Virus record (IMG/VR): IMGVR_UViG_3300033977_000049
Location: 1 to 64,000 of that record
Origin: a virus
Direction: 5' to 3' (one strand)
DNA: 64,000 nt
Shown here piece after piece: positions 35,072-46,200 of the stretch (the first letter of the stretch is position 1; every line of letters begins with the position of its first letter). The position numbers and the translations under genes were made by a program. The notes beneath the pieces were generated by a model. That model saw only the letters and a list, made by a program, of their open reading frames with translations. It searched no databases and was not told where the DNA came from.

Positions 35072-35410
35072 TTAATATTTATTAAAAAATCCAGACAGCC
35101 ACGGTTCTTCTTTTAAAAAAGTAGAAATTAAATTGTGCATAGAATCGTTCAAGGGATTTTGAAGCATGATCGCTGACTTGGCTGCTGTAATGGAATCGTT
35201 TTGAGTTAAAGATAGATCGCAAGCGGCGCTTGACGCATACATTTTAATCCAAAAAGAATACCAAGCATAACTTACCGCATTTAATAAAAGCGTTCCATTT
35301 AATTGATCCAGCCAATTTACTGTGTTATCATCTAAAATGGTTTCGCATTCTAATAATGTACTAGATTCGGTATCTATAAGCGTTTCACTTTCTGTCATTA
35401 AGTCGAACAT
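35072..35410 (-). CDS. Hypothetical protein (paralogue of 47213..47473)
   Basis: C-terminus MHNLISTFLKEEPWLSGFFNKY. Confidence 0.55.
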   Translation of the reverse strand: MFDLMTESETLIDTESSTLLECETILDDNTVNWLDQLNGTLLLNAVSYAWYSFWIKMYASSAACDLSLTQNDSITAAKSAIMLQNPLNDSMHNLISTFLKEEPWLSGFFNKY

Positions 35411-38400
35411 TCTAGCTTAGCCAACTCTTCTTTTAAAATCTTTCTATCTTCTTCGCGGTGCGACCATCCAAGTCGATATATATCATCCATAACTTTTGGC
35501 TCTCTGGAAAAATGATGATGAATCATTTTGGCATCTTCGCACCTATGGGCTTCATTTATTTTAATGGCCCTGGACCATAACAGGTTATCGCATCCTACAT
35601 GAAAAAACTTTTCCGAAAAGATTTCTCCGAATTTTTCAATCAAATCTTTTCTAATTAAAAAGTGCTCGCAAATATTACTTTTGTCTGGATAAAGCTCTCC
35701 GGTATTAAATGTTACAAGGCCATGATTCTTTGATGCCTTTACTGCATTATAAAGGCTCCAGGATTCAAACTCCGTATCATTAGCGGCAAAAACATAAACA
35801 TCAGAATTGTTGTTTGCGCGGTACATTCTATTAACTTTTTGAGGAACTGTAGCTTTTTTATCGTTATCTATAATAACATCAATGAGATGCTTGGGATAAT
35901 AAAGGCGATCAATTGAATCCAAGCACCGCTTTAGTCCCGATTCTCTTTCTAGGGTTGGAATTAAAATGCCCACCCTAGGAAGGAAATTGGGTGAATCAGA
36001 AGCCCAACTTTTCATAAAATGATGGAATCCTATAGTATTATCCGTTAACCGGATAGTCCCATCTTGATGATTATAGGGGAAAAAATATTCAGGGGAAAGA
36101 ATTTTAATGGTATAATCCGATGCTACCTTTCCTGGCGCTAACCATAGACATCTAGGCTCGCCATAAGCTTGAAGATATATCTTTGGGGTAATCACTTCTT
36201 GCGCTGCTTCAAAGACATATGCATCATCTCCGGAAAATTTTTCTTCTATTTCCCTAAGGCACTCTTTCATAATTGGATGATGCGGAATAGATCCCATTAT
36301 AGAATTAGCAATAAAACAATTTTCTTCTTGGCATACAAATAGCTTATATTGTAATAAATTATCAAAATTTTTTCCCGAAAGAATTTCCATATCGGCATCA
36401 CAATAAATGCCACCTTCTTTTTCTAAATACCACATGCGCAGATAATCAACCGCCTTAATCCATTTTCCCGATGCCAAAGCCTTTTCCACATAAGATATAT
36501 TTCTTGGAATGTCTTTTAATCCAATAATTTTATGCTCGTAACCTAGCACCGCTCGCTGGCTGTTAATACATTTTTCTATAAAGGGTGGCATGGTTTCATT
36601 ATTAGGTAATCCCCATATAGTAAAAATTTTCTTGGGAATTAATAATTCTAAAGAAATCATGTCTTTATATAATTCCTGCATTTCTATTAGAGGGGGTTGA
36701 TAATCTCTTGTTTGGCCTAAAAAAATAGGATCAAATGCACTTCCCGTATCTAAGCATGTAACATTATGATTGGCTTCCAATACACTAGCTATCAGTGGTT
36801 TAGCTGCAAGTCCACAGCTAAATATAAAAATAGAATTATTTTGGCAATATGGGCGTAGCTTGTCTAAAATGGCGTTGTAATTTGCAAATGCATTTCTTTC
36901 TGGAACTTCTATAAATTTAGCCTTCAACATTTCTGTAACTTTACTTAGCTTAGACGGTCCTATAAAAACCTTTATCCTGTCAAGATTGCTTAGGGTTTTA
37001 TAAAAATCATGGATGGGAGTTAGGTCTTTATCTTTTGGATGTAATAAAATATTTCCCAATTGTAAGCTATCTTTATCTCTCCAGAATGCAATGTAAGTAT
37101 CGGGCAGATTATATAAAAAGTTGAATGCTTTGCGCAGGGCTTGATTAAGTTCTAGGGAATAAGCTTGCCCATCACAATTTTCGCCCTTTACATATTCCAT
37201 GCAATGTTGTTCACCGTCGCCAAATTTGATGAAAGCAAATGGTTCGTTCGATATAAGTTTTTGTAAAAGTTCGTTTAACGATTTTGGATATTTTCCAAAT
37301 GGTTTCTCTACTATATCACTATGCCATAACAGACCATCCGGCACTTGTTCCACCTGAGATTCCTCAACAGGATTTCTTTCTTCAAAATATTGTCTATCTT
37401 GATTATATTTTGGATGTTGAGGGTCATAAGCTATAGCTTTTTGCCAGTGCTCTTTTGATTTTTCTTGCTGGCCTAAACGCCAAAATGCCCAATATAACAT
37501 TTCATGGGGATAATTTGTATAGTGCGATCCTATATTGCAATAACAATCATTAAGGGGAATTTCTAATGCAGCCGCTCCATAACATACTGTCTTTTGAGCA
37601 TCGCCCTTTTTATAAAAATATTCAGCTAGTTTAATTAAAGGTTCGCGCCTAGTTCCGTCTACCGTAAAAGATTTATGGTAAGCTTCTAGCGCCCTGTCAT
37701 CTTCACCCAAAGCGAGATAGGAATCCCCTATAAAAATAAAAGATTGCCCGCGCTCCTGTGCCCACCTATTCATTGCAACGTGTCTGTTTAATTCCTGAAT
37801 AGCAGATTTGAAACGCCCATTCCAACATAATTCTCGGCCAAAATAGTGTGCATTTCGGTCATTTTCCGGATGTAAATAACAATCTAGGGCAAGGGCTGGT
37901 AAATAATTAGAGCGATGTTCGTGAGGTGCTTGATGGTGCTCTACTAACATGATTTCTTGGGGTAAATAGGTGCATTTAGCTTGTCCAACTAATATTTCAT
38001 GTACGATTCCCTGCCAGTGCATTTTGCGCCGATCATAAGTTCTGCAATGTCGAAATTGAATAGCGGGCTGCCCATTAGGATATCGGCAGAATATAAAATG
38101 CATTTCCATCTGCTCGTATCCTTCATCAATTAATTTTTCGATAGCATCTATATTTAAGGTGTTATATTTTTCATCACAATCAACAATGGATACGATATTA
38201 TTGTTAGCCAATTCCACGGCGCGATTTCGGGCAGCAGCAAAATCAAATAATTTATCTCCGGCCTTGATAATAGATTCTTCGCCTTCAATAATAAACTTTT
38301 TATTTACCGCGTCGGCCACTTCTTCGGTAACTATGTGTTTAAATTTCTCGCCTTCTTCAAATACTCTATAGCCATAATTTCTGGCTACCTTAACAGTATC

Positions 38401-38571
38401 ATCCTTACTTCCGGTATCAACTAGGACGACTTCCCCGCCTCGCTTTAAAAATTCAGATAAAGATTTATGAAGTCTCCAGAGATTCGGTGCTTCATTGCGA
38501 GCAATTAAGCATACCGAGAAGCGAACTCCTGATTTATGGATTTTTATTGGATGCCGACTTTTCTTTTCCAT
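35398..38571 (-). CDS. Multidomain glycosyltransferase: GT2, TPR, GT-D-like, GT32 (DXD), GT2
   Basis: SVCLIARNE/VDTGSKD/DCDE/WQGIVHE; TPR; FIKFGDGE...LDTGSAFD; IPKKIFTIW...DYLR...GGIYCDADM; ILIPTLER...FAAND. Confidence 0.85.
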   Translation of the reverse strand: MEKKSRHPIKIHKSGVRFSVCLIARNEAPNLWRLHKSLSEFLKRGGEVVLVDTGSKDDTVKVARNYGYRVFEEGEKFKHIVTEEVADAVNKKFIIEGEESIIKAGDKLFDFAAARNRAVELANNNIVSIVDCDEKYNTLNIDAIEKLIDEGYEQMEMHFIFCRYPNGQPAIQFRHCRTYDRRKMHWQGIVHEILVGQAKCTYLPQEIMLVEHHQAPHEHRSNYLPALALDCYLHPENDRNAHYFGRELCWNGRFKSAIQELNRHVAMNRWAQERGQSFIFIGDSYLALGEDDRALEAYHKSFTVDGTRREPLIKLAEYFYKKGDAQKTVCYGAAALEIPLNDCYCNIGSHYTNYPHEMLYWAFWRLGQQEKSKEHWQKAIAYDPQHPKYNQDRQYFEERNPVEESQVEQVPDGLLWHSDIVEKPFGKYPKSLNELLQKLISNEPFAFIKFGDGEQHCMEYVKGENCDGQAYSLELNQALRKAFNFLYNLPDTYIAFWRDKDSLQLGNILLHPKDKDLTPIHDFYKTLSNLDRIKVFIGPSKLSKVTEMLKAKFIEVPERNAFANYNAILDKLRPYCQNNSIFIFSCGLAAKPLIASVLEANHNVTCLDTGSAFDPIFLGQTRDYQPPLIEMQELYKDMISLELLIPKKIFTIWGLPNNETMPPFIEKCINSQRAVLGYEHKIIGLKDIPRNISYVEKALASGKWIKAVDYLRMWYLEKEGGIYCDADMEILSGKNFDNLLQYKLFVCQEENCFIANSIMGSIPHHPIMKECLREIEEKFSGDDAYVFEAAQEVITPKIYLQAYGEPRCLWLAPGKVASDYTIKILSPEYFFPYNHQDGTIRLTDNTIGFHHFMKSWASDSPNFLPRVGILIPTLERESGLKRCLDSIDRLYYPKHLIDVIIDNDKKATVPQKVNRMYRANNNSDVYVFAANDTEFESWSLYNAVKASKNHGLVTFNTGELYPDKSNICEHFLIRKDLIEKFGEIFSEKFFHVGCDNLLWSRAIKINEAHRCEDAKMIHHHFSREPKVMDDIYRLGWSHREEDRKILKEELAKLECST

Positions 38572-38983
38572 GGTCGCTCCTTTTTTCTATATCTGATATT
38601 CTTAACCTATAAACCTTCCAGGGCAATTCTTCAAATCCAAATTTTTTGGAAAATGTAGGAATAGTTTCTTCAGTAGCTACATAATATATTTCCCCGGAAC
38701 CTTCTTGTATAGCTGATGTAATGGCATCTTGGAATAGCGTCTGTAATGCTACTGCAATTTCCCCTATCGAAGCTGAAGGATTAATACAAAGGCTTTCTAA
38801 ATGCAAGGGCCTTTGAATTGGTGCAAACATAATTGGCCCATTTTTATTGCAAATAGCTCGAATGGATGTATTTTTATAAGTTAAAACGCTGGGATCTATC
38901 TCATTATTTCTAGTAGACAGTGCCCATTCACAGAATAATTTCCTATCGCTAGCCTTTGCTGGACGCACGAATACGGGTAGCAT
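38534..38983 (-). CDS. GNAT-fold protein
   Basis: VRPAKASD N-terminus, LESLCINP, FSKKFGFEE. Confidence 0.55.
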   Translation of the reverse strand: MLPVFVRPAKASDRKLFCEWALSTRNNEIDPSVLTYKNTSIRAICNKNGPIMFAPIQRPLHLESLCINPSASIGEIAVALQTLFQDAITSAIQEGSGEIYYVATEETIPTFSKKFGFEELPWKVYRLRISDIEKRSDHGKEKSASNKNP

Positions 38984-38991
38984 ATATTCTC

Positions 38992-39384
38992 CTAATTTTT
39001 GGGATCGGCGGTTGCAGCAGTGGACATTTTTGAAGGACTGACCGCAGTGCTAATTTTAGCCTTTGCCATGCCCAGCCTTTCCCTTTCCGCAGTATCCAAT
39101 CGTTTATTAATATCAGTTATGGCTTGTTCTATTCGAGCCACGGCGGGAACAATTATATCTAATTTTTGTTTAAAGTCTTCATTGGCACTTTGCAATGCCG
39201 TTACTTTTTCATTAATAGATGTGGATTGTATGGCATTTCCTGACAGTTGATCCGCCACTTTGGAGCGGTCTGACCATAGCCACCCTATTAATCCAAATAG
39301 AGCACAAAGCAGCATAATAATAACCGTTGCTGCTCCCCAATTAATATGTGGCGATCTACATTCCGGATGATGGTGATTATGCAT
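38992..39384 (-). CDS. Membrane protein with coiled coil
   Basis: Single TM segment followed by heptad repeats. Confidence 0.55.
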   Translation of the reverse strand: MHNHHHPECRSPHINWGAATVIIMLLCALFGLIGWLWSDRSKVADQLSGNAIQSTSINEKVTALQSANEDFKQKLDIIVPAVARIEQAITDINKRLDTAERERLGMAKAKISTAVSPSKMSTAATADPKN

Positions 39385-40516
39385 TTATTTTTCCTTCAGC
39401 AAAGGACCTATTACTGATAATTCTTGATGCTTCATTTTCCGGTAAAGACAAGTTTAAAATTCTATCGCATATTAGTTTGGATAGATAATATTTGCCGACC
39501 CAATAGGCAGAAATGGCAAGTTCGTCTAGTGCTCGCCATTCATATACTTCTTTTTCCACAAACAATCTATCATTTGGAATCGGTATGTTTACTGCTTGTT
39601 GGGCAAAAAGAAAAGCAGCATCATGATAATTATGACATCTATAATATCTAGCCAGGCGATATATAGGTTCGGCCCTAGTCGGACGGCGATTATAGGCCCT
39701 TAAATATGAAAATACTATTTCTTTTTCTGATAAATCAAGTTGCTCTGATACGCAGCCAATTTGATATGCCGACCACCAAGCCTCTTCATCCCAGCCGCCC
39801 ATTTCCATCCGTCGTGTATAAAGATCTATGGCTTCCTTAAAATTTCCAAGATCACGATGGGTTTGGGCTAGATAAAATATTGTACGGCAATCGTCTGGAT
39901 TTTTTCTATAAGCCCCTAAAAGAAGCCCCAAATCCCTTTCTAGCTTTTCTTTATATTGTTCCGGAGTTTTTCCGGGTCGTTCTCTATAAATTCCGGAAAG
40001 CGGATACGTGGTATAAAATCTCTGACAATCCAGATATTCATGAGTCTCACCTTTCCAAATCCAAGGTAAATTGCTTCTAATTAAAAATGGCCTTAAATAT
40101 TGCAGTGAACAATATTTTTCCAATATTTCATAGCAATCTTTTTCTAGGGGATCGGGAAGTTTGAAATTCGTGTCTGGAAATAATTTTGTGCGCCCATCCA
40201 TAAGCATAATATAATCACAATTCATTTCTTGGGCTAATTTTAGTGCTTCATTTCTATTATGCTCAAAATTTTTCCATTCGCTAGTTTTTATTGTTATCGG
40301 AAGGCCAAGATTATTACACGTTTCCTGGCAAATCTGTAAAGTATTATCTTTGCTTCCGGTATCTATAATTGCGGCATGTGTAATAAAGGGCAATGCCGAT
40401 TTAATAGTATTTTCTATGTATTGCGCCTCATCTCGCACAATCATATTCCAGCAAATTGTATTTTTAGTTAAAGCATTTGGCTCGTTAAAACGACGCCGAT
40501 CAATAACTTTTATCAT
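39377..40516 (-). CDS. GT2 glycosyltransferase with TPR domain
   Basis: ICWNMIVRDE, IDTGSKDNT, NF..NRN.AL, WKGETHE, FYLAQT, RPTRAEP; the DxD motif is atypical (MDGR). Confidence 0.85.
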   Translation of the reverse strand: MIKVIDRRRFNEPNALTKNTICWNMIVRDEAQYIENTIKSALPFITHAAIIDTGSKDNTLQICQETCNNLGLPITIKTSEWKNFEHNRNEALKLAQEMNCDYIMLMDGRTKLFPDTNFKLPDPLEKDCYEILEKYCSLQYLRPFLIRSNLPWIWKGETHEYLDCQRFYTTYPLSGIYRERPGKTPEQYKEKLERDLGLLLGAYRKNPDDCRTIFYLAQTHRDLGNFKEAIDLYTRRMEMGGWDEEAWWSAYQIGCVSEQLDLSEKEIVFSYLRAYNRRPTRAEPIYRLARYYRCHNYHDAAFLFAQQAVNIPIPNDRLFVEKEVYEWRALDELAISAYWVGKYYLSKLICDRILNLSLPENEASRIISNRSFAEGKINA

Positions 40517-40527
40517 TTTCCCCTTTT

Positions 40528-43281
40528 TTAAGTTACACTTATCAAAAATACAATTTGATAATTACCATTACTTCCTGCAACTGAATAAGAAAATGTGGGA
40601 TTTAATGGCCCGCCCGTAGGAATGCCTGTATATAAACAACCAGAAGCATTAGCACCATCATTAACCTGTTGCTGTTTCGTAACCGTAGCTGCTGGATCGG
40701 ATACAGTATCAGTAGAAGCAGCGCGATTAGAACCAAAATAAATCGCCAAATCCGTAGAACATGGAGAGGGTGAGGTACTTGAGTTCATGCTAAGTGTTAT
40801 AGAAGAAGATCCAGTTGTATTAATTTGACTGGTAATGGGAAACCAAATTCTATCCATGCCCTTGAGAGTTATAATGGCTAAGACCGCATCATACGTTCCA
40901 CTAAAACTGATTGTAACTGATCCATTGCTAATGTCAGTAGAATTTAAAACTTTCCAAAAAGTATTTTTTGTCCAACTAGCTTGATTAACTGAATCAATGG
41001 AAACCCATCCGTTAGGAGTTGTGGCATAATAACCTCCAGCCGTAAAAATAATAGCCAAATCACCAGCTTGGGTTCCCGAAGGCCAAGAAACTGTATAACT
41101 TGACGCACTCGATGCTTGAATGCCAGTTCCCCTAATGGATGGCGTGGAAACCGCCCCTCCCGTAGCACCAGTTGGTCCGGTTGCTCCAGTGGCTCCTGCT
41201 CCAGTTACTCCAGTTAGTCCAGTGGGTCCAGCGGGTCCAGTGGGTCCAGCGGGTCCAGTGGGTCCAGTGGGTCCAGCGGGTCCAGTTGGCCCTTGTAATC
41301 CAGCAGCCGCCGTATTTGGCGGACCTTGCACAATAGTTGTATCTGTAACGGCTCCGGCCCATCCATTACCACTTAAATCCGGCTCTGGGCTAGTGCCCAT
41401 AAATTTCCAATAAACTGTAGGATAGCCCACCGATACATCCATTGAGGGATATCCATTTGCCAGATTAGTTATATCTGTTGCGGTTAATTCTTTTCCTATC
41501 CACACCGCAGGCTCGGCAACGGAATGAGGTGAAAAATAGCTTGTAGTAGTTCCCACTATACCAGCATTAGTCTGGAAAAATCCATTAGTACCAGTCATAG
41601 GACCTTGATTGCTTCCCGGACCAATCGTAGAAACTAATGCTCCGTTTAAATAAGTATAATATGTTCCATTCCCAGAAGTAATAAAGGCTATATGATTCCA
41701 AACTCCCACCATTCCAGCCCAATAACTCGATGGAATACATACAGCGCCCCAATCGATCCAGGCTTGGGAACCGGAATTATAATAAGAAGTCCATAATAAT
41801 GCTCCTGATGGGCCGCTTTGCACATCCCAATCTAGGGCCATGTCGAAATAATAATTTGCCGATCCATCATTCCAATATGATTCTGCAAAACAGCATTCTA
41901 TAGTATCACTTGCTTGGCCAGTTTTAGGTTGCCATAATGGTTTAAACCAAAATGACATAGACATAGAACCGCCAGAATATGTAATTCCAGAACTGGTGGT
42001 ATAGGTTGTGGTTATATGTCCTGTAGAGCCATCGCCTTTACGTCCGGAAAATGGAGCAGTGGCATTAGCGCCCGTTGTTCCGGTTAATCCGGTTGGACCA
42101 GTCATGCCAGTTGGCCCTGTTGATCCAGTGGGTCCTGTTCCCCCACCACCCGATCCTCCCGTTGGAGCTTCCCAATTTATTCCATAGGGCTGAGAAGGAT
42201 CAACGGTTAATACATAACCAGCGGTTGCTCCTACTGGTAACACTACATCTTGTTTGCCGCTGCCAGTAATTAATCCGCCTTCAGGCAATAAGGGTAGTCC
42301 CGTTATAATTTGCTGAGCCGCAGAGGAAAATGTTGCTAAAATGACCGCATAAGCTGCCGCTGATGTTCCCGGACCCCCTACCGATGAGGTTACTTGACCA
42401 GATGGCAGATTGCTTATCGATGCAGTAGCAATCTCATACCAACCGCTACTCCAGGAGGGAACCGTAAATGAAGAGGGAGACCAAGATCCCCATGTTGGGG
42501 TATAATAAAATGAAAAAGTAGCAAGGGCCAATACCGGACCAGATGAACTAACTGTGCTAGTAGCAAGTGTTCCCGGTTGATTTCCAGCATTTCCCGTACC
42601 AACTGTTAGACTTGGCTTTCCTTGAATTTCAATAACATAACAAACATCATATCCGTATCCCGGAGTTGGCCAAGTGTTAGAAGTAAAATTCCAAGAGCTT
42701 CCATCTCCCGATTGGACAATTTTTTCTCCTATAACTGCATTGCCGCCATATCCAGAACCGCTATAACTGGATAATTGTTTAAATCCAGTCGGAAGATTTA
42801 TTGTAACCGGACCACTGGACGAACTAGAGAGTGCTATAGCTATTAACGTATTTCCTGGTGTGGGAGAATTAGGAAGAGTAACGGTAAGTGGATTGGAATA
42901 AACATTTCCAGTTTGAGAAGCTTGTACGATTTGAGGAATAGTAGGCGCTGTGGGTTGTACCGTTACAGTTCCAGCAGCAGCTTTTTGAGCCGCTTGATTA
43001 GCTTTTACAAGAGCTTGCTGCGCTGTATTACTTATCAGCGTAGGCATTGTAGGAAGATTTCTAACAAAAGTTGGCCGATCTGGAAAGAATCTGGTTGTAT
43101 AAATATCAGCAGCCGGATCTACGGGAAGATTCCCACGATTGGGAGATGGATTTCCGGGAACAGATAGAAGGGTTCCTTGATCCTTAGTTGGCGCTATGGG
43201 AATTTGTGGCGCTGGATTTTGCGAGGATTGAAATTCCGCCTGCGTTGCTGGCGTTGCCGCTCTTGATTCAAGTGATGGCAT
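40528..43281 (-). CDS. Tail fibre/spike with collagen G-P-T segments and a LamG-like domain
   Basis: GPT/GPA triplets, SMSFWFK...WNHIAF...YLNG LamG pattern, Ser/Thr-rich beta domains. Confidence 0.75.
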   Translation of the reverse strand: MPSLESRAATPATQAEFQSSQNPAPQIPIAPTKDQGTLLSVPGNPSPNRGNLPVDPAADIYTTRFFPDRPTFVRNLPTMPTLISNTAQQALVKANQAAQKAAAGTVTVQPTAPTIPQIVQASQTGNVYSNPLTVTLPNSPTPGNTLIAIALSSSSSGPVTINLPTGFKQLSSYSGSGYGGNAVIGEKIVQSGDGSSWNFTSNTWPTPGYGYDVCYVIEIQGKPSLTVGTGNAGNQPGTLATSTVSSSGPVLALATFSFYYTPTWGSWSPSSFTVPSWSSGWYEIATASISNLPSGQVTSSVGGPGTSAAAYAVILATFSSAAQQIITGLPLLPEGGLITGSGKQDVVLPVGATAGYVLTVDPSQPYGINWEAPTGGSGGGGTGPTGSTGPTGMTGPTGLTGTTGANATAPFSGRKGDGSTGHITTTYTTSSGITYSGGSMSMSFWFKPLWQPKTGQASDTIECCFAESYWNDGSANYYFDMALDWDVQSGPSGALLWTSYYNSGSQAWIDWGAVCIPSSYWAGMVGVWNHIAFITSGNGTYYTYLNGALVSTIGPGSNQGPMTGTNGFFQTNAGIVGTTTSYFSPHSVAEPAVWIGKELTATDITNLANGYPSMDVSVGYPTVYWKFMGTSPEPDLSGNGWAGAVTDTTIVQGPPNTAAAGLQGPTGPAGPTGPTGPAGPTGPAGPTGLTGVTGAGATGATGPTGATGGAVSTPSIRGTGIQASSASSYTVSWPSGTQAGDLAIIFTAGGYYATTPNGWVSIDSVNQASWTKNTFWKVLNSTDISNGSVTISFSGTYDAVLAIITLKGMDRIWFPITSQINTTGSSSITLSMNSSTSPSPCSTDLAIYFGSNRAASTDTVSDPAATVTKQQQVNDGANASGCLYTGIPTGGPLNPTFSYSVAGSNGNYQIVFLISVT

Positions 43282-43286
43282 CTAAT

Positions 43287-46200
43287 TTATTCTCGTCCGC
43301 TTAGACTTCCCCAAACGGAAAGGGTATAAAGCTCATTTCTTACGGCTTCCGCTGGAAATGCTATTTGCATTTGTATATGCCGACCAATAATTGGTACAGC
43401 GCCTTGCAAAAGATAAAACCTCTTACTCATAATCGAGGTACTAGGGGTTAAAATCGGAGGATCGCTTACGCTATTAGGAAGTGCTTCAAATGAAATGCGA
43501 GTTGGATTTAAATAATCATAAACCTCATCTAATATAACGCTAACGGTTGGAATGCTTCCTTTATTAGGCAATTCAACAGTAATACTTTCAATTTCCGCTA
43601 TCTGTCCCGGTTGGGCCAAAACCAAGCTACCAAGAATAATAGAACCAGTATATGTATTTCCTAAATCGGTAAATATTCCATTGGGTCCGGGAGGAGTTCT
43701 ATAGGCAACCATTGCCTGATTCGTGTATGAATTCCATACCCCAACTAATAATTGATGAACTCCAGGGGCGGTTTCGACAGAGCCGATAGATGTATAGCTC
43801 CATTGAGAATTATCGTATCCGGTTCCAGTATTTCCAGTTGCAGCAACTCCATTAGCATTGGTCACTGTGAATGTACTAGAGCCGATTGCCGTTACGGGAA
43901 ATGTTCCGTTATTACCAGCATTCGCCATGCCGATAACAGTAATGTTATCTCCAACTACTATAGCATTACCCGTTAAGCTGGTATAGGTATAAGTCCAAGA
44001 ACTTCCCGAACCTGACACCGTGGTTATGGTATTTATTATAGGACCAGCAAAAAATTTTGCCTTTGGACTCCACGCGGGTCCGCCTTCTGGAGGCTGATTC
44101 CAATTACACCTGTACCAAGTAGAACTTCCATCAGCAAGAAATACCGCTTTATCTGAACTTCCTGAAATCAATGATGCTACGTAAACTGTACTAGGATTAT
44201 ATGCCGGATCAATTTCCAGCCGATTACCAATTGCGAATCCATCCTCATTAATACCAGCAGCCGAAAATCTTATAAATTGGCGGTCGGCAGAATACAACCA
44301 AGTATTTACCCCATCTGCGGCAAGAGCATTATACGAACTAAGTCCAAGGCCCGTTAACATGGGCATGGGATACATGGATGCAAGAGTACTTCCGGCAATA
44401 TAATAAAGATCGGATTGAGTCCATACTAATAAGGCAGATGATGTGGGAACTAATCTATTGATTTGTGTTGGAAAGGTAAAATAATTTAATGGCGGAAATG
44501 CCTCTGAGCCATTTCCAACAAGGCAATCTGGACCAGCAGAATAATAAAGTAAATTGCCGACCGCTCCCCATATCCGCCCTAAATGATAAGCCATCTTAAC
44601 AATGCCAGATGGAGGAGGGTTGTTTACATAATTTACTGGTCCTGGTTGGGTTATTATAAGTGATATATCGGGAGAGTTATCTTCTATTTGTACCGTGCTT
44701 ACGCCCGGAGTCCATCCACTAGGCCAAAGAGTGGTGCAAAGATATGGAGAAGTTGGAATATTTAAAAATATTGATCCACCATCAGTAATACGAAATACCC
44801 AAATTTGATCTACCTGTGGATCGGTAGGGGCTAAAAGCGTTACCTTAACTCCCGTAGCATTTGTAAATATTCCCGTGCCCGTACTAGGAGGAGTGGTGGA
44901 AGAAACATGTCCACTTTTACTATTTCCATAAGCCGCAACATATTGATATCCAGTAAAGGCATTAAATGTTCCGGGCGTGGTATCAATAGATATAGGCGGA
45001 CCTCCGGTTGCCCATATAGTGATTTTAACCCAAGTAATATACCACGTTGCCAATCCCGTTCCTTGAGGATTAAATGCTTGAAGCGCTACACCAAATCCAA
45101 TTCCACCCACACTAGAAGCGGCGATATTTTGTATGCCCCAAAAATCTCCAGCCCCTCCTATGGAAATTGTACTCGAAGAAGTCCCTAACTGTACCGTTCT
45201 TACATTTCCGGTAGGCTGTCCGGCCAATAAAAGCTGAGCGGTTAAATAACATCCCGAAGGATTGCTTCCTTGATATCCATTTACCTGAACCTGAATTCCT
45301 TGCACGACAGATGGAGAAGTAATATTAAATCCAAAATTAGTTCCCTCTAATAAGTCGCTTTTATTAGACGATGGCAAGCTATAAGTAACCGCAATTTTAA
45401 TGGCATCTACTTCACCCACATTTGCTTGCGTTGCCGGATAACCAGTTGCGGTAACTATTAAACTTACTCCAAAGGCAGATGAATTAATAAGATCGGGAGT
45501 TAATGACGATCCCCATAAAACTCCATCGTAACTTCTCCAAGTCAAATTTCCGGGCCATGAATTGGGACTAACATCATATTGGGCATTACTAGATCCAACT
45601 CCCAAAAGTTGCAAAGAGCCATATAATCCGGGATATTGAGAAGTTTGATATTGAGCGGCACATTTTACCGATACTGTAACATCAATAATTTTTGCATATG
45701 AAGGTATGGTAAATCCAAATCCACTTGCCTGTAATGGGCTGGAGGTTGTTCCCGGCTGCATAGTAATAGTAGCACAATTTCCATCTTCGATTTCCACATA
45801 GAAAGGATTCTGCCATTCATTCATGTAATCAATGGCAGCGGTGGGAAATAAAGGCCCCACGACTTTTGAAGGAATAGACCCAACTGTTACTGTAGCGGGT
45901 CCGCCAGTTCCGGTAGTAATACTACCATAAGCGAACCAAGGAACTCCATTACCAAAACTATAATTAGACCCATTGCTAATAACTACATTACCGGCTCCAG
46001 AATTTACAATAGATACTATAAATGGGCTGCTAGGAGATCCCAGCAAAGGCATTGTTACTGCCACGCCGGATGCGTTATTACAAATAATATAAGTACCATT
46101 ATCATTGCTTTGAATTGTATAAGTTGATCCAGTTACAGGGGAATTTGGGCTTTGTGTGGTAGTCAAAACCTGACCGGACTGATAATGAAGATTAGTTCCG

